Source: an uncultured Nitrososphaerota archaeon (lineage in GTDB: Archaea; Thermoproteota; Nitrososphaeria; Nitrososphaerales; Nitrosopumilaceae). Taken from it: a stretch of DNA of 64,000 nt. The notes under the pieces were generated by a model. That model searched no databases and was not told where the DNA came from. It saw nothing but the letters and a program-made list of their open reading frames with translations. The position numbers and the translations under genes were made by a program. Positions 21,884-32,031 of this stretch are shown here, in pieces; within the stretch, counting starts at the first letter, position 1, and each line of letters begins with the position of its first letter. The stretch covers positions 608,001 to 672,000 of the forward strand of contig OY969559.1 of NCBI GenBank assembly GCA_963701075.1. Reading direction: 5' to 3'.

Positions 21884-22966
21884 TTGAAAATAGGAATCAT
21901 TCATGGATTTGTGGGTGGTGGGGGAGGGACGGAAACAACTCTACTTACTCTAATTGATGCCTTGGTAGAACACAAACATACTGTGAACCTATACACAGTT
22001 TCAAAACCCACAGTTCAATTGCCAAAAATAAAAGTACAATCTGTCTTTCCTTTTCGCTTGCCAGCTTTTGGTTTGTATCAGAGATATCTTGAATCAAAAC
22101 TAACCGAAAAGGCACAAAACGATGATCTGATCATACAGGTATCTGGAGGTCTAGCAATACCAAATAGAAAAGGCCAAAAAATTATAATTTACTGTCACCA
22201 TGATTTCAGAAACGAAACCGAAAAAGATGTTACAAAATACAAGGGCATATGGTCGGCATATTACAAGCCATACTACGCTCTAAGCCAAAAATTTGTTAGC
22301 CAGATAGGAGATGAAAATATCATACTTGTAGCAAATTCAAAATTCATACAAGATTCTCTTAAGAGTAGATTTGGGAAAGATTCTATTGTAATTTATCCGC
22401 CAGTTGATGTTGATATGTTTAAGAATGACATGGATAAAGAACAACGAGTACTCACCATATCGCGATATTCTCAGGAAAAGAACTTGGAATTTGCAATAGA
22501 TGCATTAAATGAGATAGATACGCCGTATACCATTATTGGCAATACCAAAACTAGAATAAATGAGCTATATTATGAGAGTCTTGCCACAAAAATCAAGAAC
22601 GGAAAATCAACTGGAAAAATACTGCTAATAAAAAACATAGAACGCAGCAAAGTGATAGCGAACCTGAAGAGATCGAAAGTGTATTTTCACGCATCACCTG
22701 AAACCTTTGGAATTTCTGTTGTGGAAAGCATAGCAGCTGGCTGTATTCCAATAGTGCCCAACAACTCTGCTCATGTGGAAACGGTTCCATTTGATGTCCT
22801 ACGATATGAACCCAATGACAAAAGAGATGCCCAAGAAAAAATCAAGAAGGCACTCTCAGGGGAGTATGATGGTTTACTGAATCAACTTAGAAATTCCATT
22901 GATGTTTATGGAAAGGACACTTTTAAGAAATCTATGACAAACTTCATTGAAAATATAGGAAACTAA
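21884..22966 (+). CDS. GT4-family glycosyltransferase (Alg11-like)
   Basis: GGGGTE, ANS, IYPPV, SRYSQEKN, ETFGISVVE. Confidence 0.9.
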   Translation: MKIGIIHGFVGGGGGTETTLLTLIDALVEHKHTVNLYTVSKPTVQLPKIKVQSVFPFRLPAFGLYQRYLESKLTEKAQNDDLIIQVSGGLAIPNRKGQKIIIYCHHDFRNETEKDVTKYKGIWSAYYKPYYALSQKFVSQIGDENIILVANSKFIQDSLKSRFGKDSIVIYPPVDVDMFKNDMDKEQRVLTISRYSQEKNLEFAIDALNEIDTPYTIIGNTKTRINELYYESLATKIKNGKSTGKILLIKNIERSKVIANLKRSKVYFHASPETFGISVVESIAAGCIPIVPNNSAHVETVPFDVLRYEPNDKRDAQEKIKKALSGEYDGLLNQLRNSIDVYGKDTFKKSMTNFIENIGN

Positions 22967-22973
22967 ATGATTA

Positions 22974-23697
22974 CTATGGGTCTGACATGTGATATTTTTT
23001 CCATCGTTCTGTATCAAGACTCATATCCATTGTCAATCTCGGGCCTGTGTAATCATTGATTGTCATAGGTTGAATTTCCGGAGTGGTTAATTTAGCCAAT
23101 TCAAACATTGAAATCTTTTTGTCTCCGACAATGTGCACATAACCGCACAAATTTTCTTTCTGAAGATCCATTATTCCCTGGGATACATCTTGTGCAAAAA
23201 GATACGTTCCAAATCTGTCTACAAACGCACGTGGGTAAGGCCATTTTTTCTTTGCCACAAAATTGGTTCTTATAATCAAATATTCAGCAAGTCTGTTTAC
23301 TTGATATTCTCCTATCAATTTTGTCAAAGCATAGAAATTCTCAGGATATGGAATGGAGACTTTCTTTATACATTCCAGTGTGTCCATCGAAAACACAAGC
23401 AGTACTGATATAGATGAATTTAGTGTCTCTTTTTTTGTCAAGAACTGCATCCACCAAGTTTTTGGTGCCTTCTACGTTTGTATTCCATGCAAGTGGTCTG
23501 TTCTCTTCACATGGTCTTATGTGAATCATTGCAGCAGTATGTATTATGGTATCAAAGTCATGATTTTTTATATAGTTGATGACATTTTTCTTGTTAATTA
23601 TGTCAAGTTCCTGGTGTGACGGTGTTAACGCACTTGGAAAAATCTTCTTTAATTCGGTGCCAAGAGCTCCATTTCCACCTGTGATTAAAACACTCAA
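22974..23697 (-). CDS. RmlD-like NDP-4-keto-6-deoxyhexose reductase; apparent +1 frameshift at 23357-23361
   Basis: ITGGNGALG, HTAA, ISTACVFDG, YALTK; repair gives YKESSIPYPENFY. Confidence 0.88.
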
Positions 23698-23747
23698 CTT
23701 TCTTCTTATGGTTCAAGTAAACTATGTTGTAAACCTTTCCCGAAAAT

Positions 23748-24845
23748 CTAGTACTGTAGCCTGTCTATTTTTCCACTCAATATGTTGGCAACTCTCAAGG
23801 CAGTCTTACCGTCCCCCAGTGATCTATTCCATTCTAGATCATTTTCATGTGAGGTAATCACCTTGACTGCGGTTTCTACATTTTTTGGATCTAATCCTGC
23901 AAGTATGTTATACCCTTCTTCTATGTATTCAGGTCTCTCAGTGCTCTCGCGTATTGTAACGCAAGGTTTCTTAAAGTACAGCGCCTCTTCTGGAACTGTA
24001 CCGGAATCTGTAATGAGGCAAAATGCATTCTTCTCTAATTTGGAAAAATCAAAAAAACCGAGAGGTTTTATCAATTCAAGATTGTTCGGTATCTTTCTTT
24101 TCTTGATCTTACTTAGCGTCCTTGGGTGTATTGGATAGATAACTCTCTTCTTGAATTTCTTACCTATTGCTTGCAGAGAAGAAAAGATTTTTTCCAAGGA
24201 CTCTGGAGAATCAACATTTTCACTACGATGAGCTGTAACCAAAAAGTAACTATCTGGTTCCAAATTCATTTTTTCCATGATGTTGCTAGATTCTATCTTG
24301 GGTGAAAAGTAGTCTATGACATCAATTATTGGATTTCCTACGACGTATATTTTGCCTGGATGAATGTTTTCTCGAATCAGGTTTTCTCTGGAGTATGTTG
24401 TATATGGCAACAAAAGAGAAGAGAGATGGTCAATTATGACTCTGTTTTTTTCTTCAGGCATACGAAAGTCATAGCTACGCATACCAGCCTCAAGATGAGC
24501 AATCTTTATTCTATGATGAGCAGCAGGAATTGCTGCAAGACCGCTATTTGTGTCGCCTAAAATTAGCAAAAGATCAGGTTTTTCCTTCAATAGTATATCT
24601 TCTGATTTTGTTATGACATCTGAAACCTCTGGCCCATACTTGCCTGTTCTTATTTTCAGGTCATAGTCAGGTTTGCGAATCTCAAGTTCATCAAAAAAGA
24701 CCAAATTTAACTCGTGTGTGTAATTCTGGCTGGTGTTGATCATCACATGATCAAAATTTGCATCTAGTAAGGAGAAAATCCTACTCAATCTGATTATCTC
24801 GGGCCTTGTCCCAAAAATGGACATTATTTTCATATGATATGGCAT
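23748..24845 (-). CDS. Non-hydrolysing UDP-HexNAc 2-epimerase (WecB family, FnlC/Cap5G-like)
   Basis: GTRPEIIRLS, GDTNS, HLEAGMRS, PEEKNR, TDSGTVPEE, TERPE. Confidence 0.92.
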   Translation of the reverse strand: MPYHMKIMSIFGTRPEIIRLSRIFSLLDANFDHVMINTSQNYTHELNLVFFDELEIRKPDYDLKIRTGKYGPEVSDVITKSEDILLKEKPDLLLILGDTNSGLAAIPAAHHRIKIAHLEAGMRSYDFRMPEEKNRVIIDHLSSLLLPYTTYSRENLIRENIHPGKIYVVGNPIIDVIDYFSPKIESSNIMEKMNLEPDSYFLVTAHRSENVDSPESLEKIFSSLQAIGKKFKKRVIYPIHPRTLSKIKKRKIPNNLELIKPLGFFDFSKLEKNAFCLITDSGTVPEEALYFKKPCVTIRESTERPEYIEEGYNILAGLDPKNVETAVKVITSHENDLEWNRSLGDGKTALRVANILSGKIDRLQY

Positions 24846-24945
24846 GATGTTATTGCCAAATTTAAAAGGTTTTCAGATGACTGCAAAATTCATTTCAGGG
24901 TTTGCACTATTGAGCAATTAAGACTTATTAACTCAGCGTCAATCA

Positions 24946-25962
24946 TTGCATTTGAGTTTGGATTATTCATCGGTCATAAATGACCAAAATATTCTGATAA
25001 CAGGCGGTACAGGAAGCTTTGGCCATCAAATGATAAAAGAATTAATGAGATACAAACCACGAATTATCCGAATCTTTAGCAGAGATGAAGATAAACAACA
25101 TCTCATGAGACAGGAGTTTGAAAATGACCCAATAATTAAGAGAATGCAGTTTGCCATAGGAGATGTTAGAGACTATGATAGGCTTTACACTGTAACAAAA
25201 GATATTGATATAATATTTCATGCTGCGGCACTGAAACAAGTCCCAACTGTAGAATCTCATCCTTTTGAGGCAGTAAAAACAAACATCATCGGGGCATACA
25301 ACATAGTCAAGGCATCTGTTGCCAGAAAAGTATCTCAAGTGGTTGCAATAAGCACTGACAAGGCAGTAAAACCAGTCAATGCCATGGGAATGACAAAAGC
25401 ATTGCAAGAAAAAATAATTCTCTCTGATGATTTGTCAAAAGACGATACGATATTTTCCTGTGTTAGGTATGGCAATGTTCTTGGAAGTAGGGGAAGCGTT
25501 ATGCCGTTATGGGATTTGAAGATAGCAAAAAAGGAACCGCTTCCTATAACTCATCCTGATATGACTAGATTCATGTTAACGTTGAGCCAAGCCATAGATC
25601 TCGTCTTTTATTCGATAAAAAATGGAAAGGGGGGAGAAATATTTGTCAAGAAAGCGCCTGCTGCCAAAATAGTTGATCTTGCAAAAGCATATGCCCAATT
25701 GAAGACAAATCACAAAGATTATCCTATAAAATACATAGGTATACGGGCAGGAGAAAAAATTGATGAGATTCTAGTATCGGAAGAAGAGATGCGGCGAGTT
25801 GAAGAAAGAAAGGATCATTTTGTGATAAAACATGAAGAAGAATTTGATATGCAATCGTTGAAAAGATCTGTCAAATTAAAGGAATATGGTTCTGCCACTG
25901 TAAAACACCTGAACAAAAATGAGCTAATGGAACTTATGAAGAAACTTAAATGGATTACTTGA
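24946..25962 (+). CDS. UDP-GlcNAc 4,6-dehydratase/5-epimerase (FnlA/Cap5E/PseB-like)
   Basis: ITGGTGSFG, FSRDEDKQ, HAAALKQVP, STDKAVKPVNAMGMTK, RYGNVLGSRGSV. Confidence 0.93.
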   Translation: MHLSLDYSSVINDQNILITGGTGSFGHQMIKELMRYKPRIIRIFSRDEDKQHLMRQEFENDPIIKRMQFAIGDVRDYDRLYTVTKDIDIIFHAAALKQVPTVESHPFEAVKTNIIGAYNIVKASVARKVSQVVAISTDKAVKPVNAMGMTKALQEKIILSDDLSKDDTIFSCVRYGNVLGSRGSVMPLWDLKIAKKEPLPITHPDMTRFMLTLSQAIDLVFYSIKNGKGGEIFVKKAPAAKIVDLAKAYAQLKTNHKDYPIKYIGIRAGEKIDEILVSEEEMRRVEERKDHFVIKHEEEFDMQSLKRSVKLKEYGSATVKHLNKNELMELMKKLKWIT

Positions 25963-25996
25963 TTTTATATATTTTGTAAACACGTAATTTTTCATA

Positions 25997-26886
25997 TTAG
26001 GTTTTTTCTTTCATGTTCATGTATGACTTTAGTATTGAACCTGAAACCGATTTTGGTAATACTTTGAACATCACATCTCTTAACATGTGACGACTTCTTG
26101 AGGTCAATGGCTTGCTCTTTTGATATTCTTTTATGGCTTTTTCGTATTTTGTTAGCTCGTCTGGGGAAGCTTATCTAGTATGAATTTTCGTATCTTGTTG
26201 GTTTGAGCTAAAGATATGGTTACTTTTTCCTTTGTAAGTTGTTTTTGATGTACTCTGTATTTTGCTAATGTTTTTGGTATTAGATGTAGTCTACAGTTGT
26301 GTAAAACACAATATCTTAACCAAAACTCATAGTCTTCCTTGTAACCAATTGTTTCATTGAAAGCACCATATCTCTGAATTGCTGATCTGTGGATCAAACT
26401 AGTCGTTCCATTTCCAAAATAATGGTCAAGTAAAATTACACCTTGTTGAAAAGTTTCTAGTTGGTTGTAGTTTGGTTCTGTGAATTTTTCAACCACGTCT
26501 CCATCTGAATTTATGATGTCATAATTTGAATAAAATATGGTATTTTCCTTGTTTTCTACCTTTGAAGACTCTAAGATCATCTCTTCTAAAGCATTGGGAT
26601 ATAGTATATCATCGGCACTCAACCACTTGAACCATTCACCGGACATGTTCTTTATTCCTAAATTTAATGCAGATGCGGTACCACCATTTTTCTTTGTAAT
26701 TGTCATTATTTTGTCTGAATATCTTTTTAGGATTTCTGGTGACTGATCTGTAGATCCGTCATCTACAGCGATAATTTCTATCTTGCTATATGTTTGGTTT
26801 AGAGCTGAATCAATACATTCTTCTAAGAATCCTTGTGCATTATACACAGGAATAACTATTGAAATTTTATCATTCTGTTGATTCAA
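25997..26886 (-). CDS. GT2-family glycosyltransferase; ORF track ends at 26152, extension to TAA 25997 inferred across two apparent -1 lesions
   Basis: SIVIPVYN, VDDGSTD, WLSADD, EDYEFWLR; downstream frames read PDELTKYEKAIKEYQR and KPLTSRSRHMLRDVMF, with breaks at AGCT 26168-26171 and T(A)GCT near 26113. Confidence 0.85.
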
Positions 26887-26921
26887 TAAATATCTTTTAT
26901 CTAGGGGTTATTTTTGGTTAA

Positions 26922-27455
26922 TTGTTAATTGATATACAGGTGAGAGATAGAAAAGTCATGGTCAGAAGAATTGCATTTCGAGCTTGGTTCTATTTTAGGC
27001 AGGGTTGGGCTCAATATTTTGCATTTCTATTTGCAGCCGTGAACACTATGACTGTAACATACTATCTGGCAATCAAGGACGTTCCAGTTCTGAAAGATAT
27101 ATTTTTTGCATTTTGGGTATACCTTGTTTTCGTATCAGGAGTTGGTATTCCAATATTAGTCGGCGTCGGATATTTTCACTATAAAAAAAGTCGAGCGTAT
27201 CATGCAGAAGCAGACATAACCACAGAATCCAATCCATATTATTACAAACTTCCTCCAGGTTATTGGAGAGAAGTAATTATGCCAACATATCTAATTGTCA
27301 CAACTCTTCTCATGAAGATAACAAAAAACGAAAAATTAACGGAAGAGGAATTAAAAAAAATACAGGACATGCAAGAAAAAATGGATGCTCTGATAAAAGG
27401 AGGACTCATAGGTACAGAGAGTAGTAAATTTTTGTCAGATAAGAAAGGTCAATAG
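26922..27455 (+). CDS. Hypothetical membrane protein
   Basis: Two to three hydrophobic segments; RAWFYFRQG; start may be ATG 26958. Confidence 0.75.
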   Translation: MLIDIQVRDRKVMVRRIAFRAWFYFRQGWAQYFAFLFAAVNTMTVTYYLAIKDVPVLKDIFFAFWVYLVFVSGVGIPILVGVGYFHYKKSRAYHAEADITTESNPYYYKLPPGYWREVIMPTYLIVTTLLMKITKNEKLTEEELKKIQDMQEKMDALIKGGLIGTESSKFLSDKKGQ

Positions 27456-27464
27456 CAACTCCGT

Positions 27465-28589
27465 CTATGACGCAATATTTCTTCCAATAGAGCTAAAATC
27501 TCTATGAGTTAAATTCTCAATAACTGATAACATCTTAAAAATGAATTTGTATTTCATCTTTGCATGATGGGTCTTTTTCTTAACTGATTCCTCAAAGACT
27601 TCTTTCCATTGCTGAACCGTTTTTTTGTTGTCAAATATTTTTTTTACCCACGTATTTTGTGTCATCGCTAGCTGTTCTCTAAATTCTTTATCTAAAACTA
27701 TTTTGTCTATGTATACAGCTATTTCTTTAGGATCATTACTTTCCTTGTAAAAAGGATCATTTTCAGAAAAATTTTCTGGCGAATAACAAAATATTGGTTT
27801 ATTACACAAGGCAGCCTCTCTTTCAGTAGATCCACAACTCGTCATTGATATCTGTCCAAGTAGAGCATCCATTGATACCAAGTATGACGGCATGTCTTTA
27901 CGCTTGATTTTTGGAATTATTTCTATCTTGGATGGTTTTGCTTTTAAAATCTTAGCGTAATAATCGCCTGATCCCCAATCAGTTTGTAAAACTACAAAAT
28001 CAGACTTGGTCAGTTCGACAGATTTCCATAAAATATGATGTCCCTTATCGGGATCAATTCTCTGAGGGCTCAAAAAGGTAAATTTACCCGGTTTTAATTC
28101 TCTTTTCTCTACATCTGGATTAAACATCTTGTTGTCAACAAGTGGGAATATGATCTTTGCATCCTGTCTATATTTTTGCAAGATTTTAGCATCATGTGAT
28201 ATTGCAGCCACAACTAATGATGCATTATCTAGTGCATCCTTATACAATTCATCGAGAAGATTTTTTTTGAATGATGATAGTTCCTTTCTTATCCTGTTTT
28301 GTGGATCTATGTAAGCATCCACAAAATATATCACATAGTTTACCTCAGCCAGATAACAAATTGAAGACGCAATCCAGCCAAAGCATAAAAACACATCATA
28401 TTCTTTTGATAATTGTTTTATCTGTTGTATCTGTGAGTAAAGACCTTTGCCCTTTACAAAAAATTTTGGATTTTTTACTTGTGATATGACAGCATGTTCC
28501 AAAAAGTAAATTGCGCTAACTTCATCAGGATAATAATTCTGCAAGATGTATGCAAAACTAGATGAATCATGAACAACTAAAATTTTCAT
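27465..28589 (-). CDS. GT-B (GT4-like) glycosyltransferase
   Basis: MKILVVH, FLSPQR...KG, EREAALCNKP. Confidence 0.8.
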   Translation of the reverse strand: MKILVVHDSSSFAYILQNYYPDEVSAIYFLEHAVISQVKNPKFFVKGKGLYSQIQQIKQLSKEYDVFLCFGWIASSICYLAEVNYVIYFVDAYIDPQNRIRKELSSFKKNLLDELYKDALDNASLVVAAISHDAKILQKYRQDAKIIFPLVDNKMFNPDVEKRELKPGKFTFLSPQRIDPDKGHHILWKSVELTKSDFVVLQTDWGSGDYYAKILKAKPSKIEIIPKIKRKDMPSYLVSMDALLGQISMTSCGSTEREAALCNKPIFCYSPENFSENDPFYKESNDPKEIAVYIDKIVLDKEFREQLAMTQNTWVKKIFDNKKTVQQWKEVFEESVKKKTHHAKMKYKFIFKMLSVIENLTHRDFSSIGRNIAS

Positions 28590-28689
28590 ATCTTTGTATC
28601 TTATTATGCGCCTATTTTTAATTATTTGAGATCTATTATCATAAAATATATCTAAACTGTTATTTATTCATCTAGTTGAAGTCTGGTAG

Positions 28690-29901
28690 TTGAAACCAAA
28701 TACTGGCAAGACTTCTATTCGTAATTTTTTAACAATTAGATACAATCCACTAGAAAGAATTACTAATACACCTATTAAATGGAATAATTTTCGAAACAAT
28801 GCATCGGATTCTGATGGATATAAAACCGAAAAATTGCTAAAAAATGCGTTTTTGAAAATACCTCATGTAAAAAAAGGTAGGTTTGTTGTATCGCTTAGTA
28901 GTGGAATAGATTCCACATTGTGTCTTACATTACTACGTAAAACATTTCCTCAGGAAAAAATTATTGCAGTATGTGGTGTATTTGGAAAAGATCAAGATGA
29001 ATCTAAAAGAGCAAGAGAAATTGCCAACAAATTTGATGCAGACTTTAAGGTAATCTACATGGATTCAATCTTCACTAATATGCCAGAAATAATATCTATT
29101 TCGGGTAAACCAAGATGGAATACATATCAGCATGTAATAGCAAGAGAAGCAAAAAAACATGGCGATGTTCTCATTACGGGAGATGGTGCAGATGAGATTT
29201 TCGGAGGTTATACTTTTAGATACAATAAGTTCCTGAATTTGTTACAACCCAAAGACAACTGGAGAATTAAAACCATAAACTATCTGGAGTGTCACAATAG
29301 AGACTGGGTTCCAGATCAAGAGCATCTTTTTGGTTCTGCTATAAAGTTTAACTGGAATGAAATCTATGAGTATTTCAGACCTTATTTCTCAAATCGTTTA
29401 CATCCTCTTGAACAAGTAATGTTGGCAGATTATAATGGAAAATTATTGTATGATTTTTTACCTACATCCTTTTCTATTTTCAAACATTACGGAATTAATG
29501 GTTTTCAACCATTTCGTGACAAAGAAGTTGTTGATTTTGCGTTGCGTATTCCTGTTAGGCAAAAATATGATCCTGTTAACCAAAAGGGTAAGCTAGTTTT
29601 ACGCAAAATTGCTAAACGCTTGGGTGTGGAACATATTGATGAAAAAAAGGGTTTTTCGCCATCTTTGTGGTTTGATTGGAAGGATCATGGAAAGAAAATA
29701 TGCCAAACTTATCTTATGCAAAAAGATAGTCAAATCTTCAAGAGGAAACTAATCAATCACAATTGGATTTTGCGTTCATTCGAACGTGTTGAGAATGATG
29801 GAGATGTAAGATACTTGAATAGACTGATCTCAATATTTGCGTTAGAAATATGGTATAGAATATTTGTAACAAACGAGATGAAAAAAACTACACAGCTGTG
29901 A
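28690..29901 (+). CDS. Asparagine-synthase-like amidoligase, synthetase domain only
   Basis: SLSSGIDS PP-loop, TGDGADEIFGGY, PFRDKEVV, KKGF; no N-terminal Cys glutaminase domain. Confidence 0.85.
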   Translation: MKPNTGKTSIRNFLTIRYNPLERITNTPIKWNNFRNNASDSDGYKTEKLLKNAFLKIPHVKKGRFVVSLSSGIDSTLCLTLLRKTFPQEKIIAVCGVFGKDQDESKRAREIANKFDADFKVIYMDSIFTNMPEIISISGKPRWNTYQHVIAREAKKHGDVLITGDGADEIFGGYTFRYNKFLNLLQPKDNWRIKTINYLECHNRDWVPDQEHLFGSAIKFNWNEIYEYFRPYFSNRLHPLEQVMLADYNGKLLYDFLPTSFSIFKHYGINGFQPFRDKEVVDFALRIPVRQKYDPVNQKGKLVLRKIAKRLGVEHIDEKKGFSPSLWFDWKDHGKKICQTYLMQKDSQIFKRKLINHNWILRSFERVENDGDVRYLNRLISIFALEIWYRIFVTNEMKKTTQL

Positions 29902-29999
29902 GTTATTTTATGAAATAAAATCATATTGAACTTGTTCAATACAAGATTGTTAAAACAAAATCTGAACAATTCTTAGAGAACTTAAAATTATGATGTTAT

Positions 30000-30023
30000 G
30001 ATATCAAAGGATCCTTTGATATC
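30000..30023. repeat. 24-bp perfect palindrome
   Basis: GATATCAAAGGATCCTTTGATATC equals its own reverse complement. Confidence 0.9.
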
Positions 30024-30087
30024 TGTAGTAAAAGATACAAAATTGTATGACTGTTAATTATCTGAACACTGGTAAACTGGTGATATA

Positions 30088-30136
30088 GTTTAGTGTTTTT
30101 TCTATTCGTAATACTACTGTAGATGACTCGAAGAAC
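30088..30136 (+). repeat. Left copy of 49-bp perfect inverted repeat
   Basis: GTTTAGTGTTTTTTCTATTCGTAATACTACTGTAGATGACTCGAAGAAC, exact reverse complement of 30825-30873. Confidence 0.95.
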
Positions 30137-30741
30137 CTTCAGTGTCATTATCTGATTTTTTAAAATAATGGAATTTTACATCTCTTCCCTTAATCTTCAC
30201 TTCTCCTACTACCTTTGCAGGAATGCCAAATGCGATTGAATAGGCTGGAATATCCCTATTTACCAAACTATGTGCTCCAATAACAGAACATTTCCCTATT
30301 TTTACACCCATTGTTACTATTGAATACGGTCCAAGATAACAAAAATCTCCAATTGTGGTTTTATTTTTTTCATATGAAGCTTTTCCTCCCGTTAGAGCCC
30401 ATTTTACTGTCTGATGAGTATAAATTTGAACTCCACTACTTATACTGCAATAATCTCCAATCTCAAGTGTTCCTCCGCTTCCATCTAAGAGTGTATATGG
30501 TCCTATCCATGTTTTTTTACCTATTTTCACTTTTCCATATGTGTAATTATTGTGGTAGATGCTACTGCCTTTCTTCGCTTTCAAAAAATTTGCCTTTTCC
30601 CATCTGTCAAACAACAGACTCTTCAAATGGTAGAACCCTTTTCCAATCTTTGGCCATCTCTTTTCTTAATTGGTTATGAATTTGCAAAAGTTGAGCACGC
30701 AGGTTTACTTCGTTAATTGTCTTCTTATTTGATTTTGTCAA
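30114..30741 (-). CDS. Hexapeptide-repeat (left-handed beta-helix) sugar acyltransferase; apparent +1 frameshift at 30616-30620
   Basis: VKIGKKTWIGP, IGDYCSISSGVQIYTH, IGAHSLV, GIPAK; N-terminus from TTG 30741 joins as PFEELLFDRWEKA after repair. Confidence 0.88.
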
Positions 30742-30824
30742 TTAGCCAAAACTACTTTCGTCCTAAACGATTTTAATATTCCTATTCAGCTCTTGTCTTA
30801 AGTATTATTATAACTGAATACTTA

Positions 30825-30873
30825 GTTCTTCGAGTCATCTACAGTAGTATTACGAATAGAAAAAACACTAAAC
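30825..30873 (-). repeat. Right copy of 49-bp perfect inverted repeat
   Basis: GTTCTTCGAGTCATCTACAGTAGTATTACGAATAGAAAAAACACTAAAC on + strand. Confidence 0.95.
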
Positions 30874-30992
30874 CACTCATCAAAAAAACATTGAAGAAAT
30901 GAGAGAAATGCAAACTCTTCATGTATTTTATACTTTAATACATGCTTGTGATCGTATGATTATTTAAATTAGGACTACAATGTGAATATTTA

Positions 30993-31992
30993 ATGTATCA
31001 GCGAAATATCTCGTGGGTTGATCCCTATACAAATGAACCACTCATAGAAGAAAATGGTTTTCTAATTAGCACAACTGGAAAATATCCACTTTATGACGGA
31101 ATCCCAAATTTTGTTAGAAAATTAGATAATCCATTACAAGAACAAGTTCAACAATCATTTGGTAATAAATGGACTAAAAGTGACTTTGGTCAGGATGATC
31201 ATGATTTTGAAAAAATAAAAAACCCAATGCTTCAAATGATGGGTTTAAGTGAAAGTGATCTCTCTATATTTCAAAATAAAATTGTTCTAGATACAGGAAT
31301 AGGTAGTGGCTCATCGGCTAGGCTGTGGGCCCAAAAATCTAAAGAATTTCATGGAATAGATATCTCCAAAGCTGTTTATCGAGCCAAAAATGCATTAAAA
31401 TCATCTGGGAAAGAACCTGTTCTGTCACAGGCAGATCTTAATGCGCTTCCATACTTAGATGATAGTTTTGATGTGATAGTAAGCAATGGGGTTTTTCATC
31501 ATACTCCAGACACAAAAGTTGCTCTCAAAAATTGCATCAAGAAATTAAAAACAGGCGGATTGTGTCTATTCTATATTTACAAGAAAAAAGTCTCCGTTGC
31601 GAGAATTTGCTGACGATTACATTAGAGATAGAATAAGCGATCTCTCGTATGATTCTGCAATGAAGGCAATGGAACCAATTACGGATTTTGCTAAATCATT
31701 ACATGAACAATCGATAAAAATACAAATTCCCAATGACCTAGAAATACTTGGTATCAAAAAAGGAGAATATGATCTTCAGCGTTTCATCTATCAATTTTTC
31801 TTTAAATGCTTCTGGAATGAATCATGGGGTTTTGAATATTCTAACCTGACAAATTATGATTGGTATCATCCAAAATTTGCCTGGAGACACACTAAGACAG
31901 AAATCCAAGACTGGTGTAAGGAATTTAATTTACAGACAGAGTATATTAAAGAAACTGAATCAGGGTACACATGTTTAGTAAAAAAGACCTAG
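30993..31992 (+). CDS. Class I SAM methyltransferase with Trm112-like N-terminus; apparent +1 frameshift at 31589-31593
   Basis: VDPYT...YPLYDGIPNF, VLDTGIGSG, GIDIS, GVFHHTPD, YDWYHP; repair gives YKKKAPLREFADD. Confidence 0.88.
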
Positions 31993-32031
31993 AAACTCTA
32001 ACTTTCTAATGTAGTGATATGCAATAATCTG

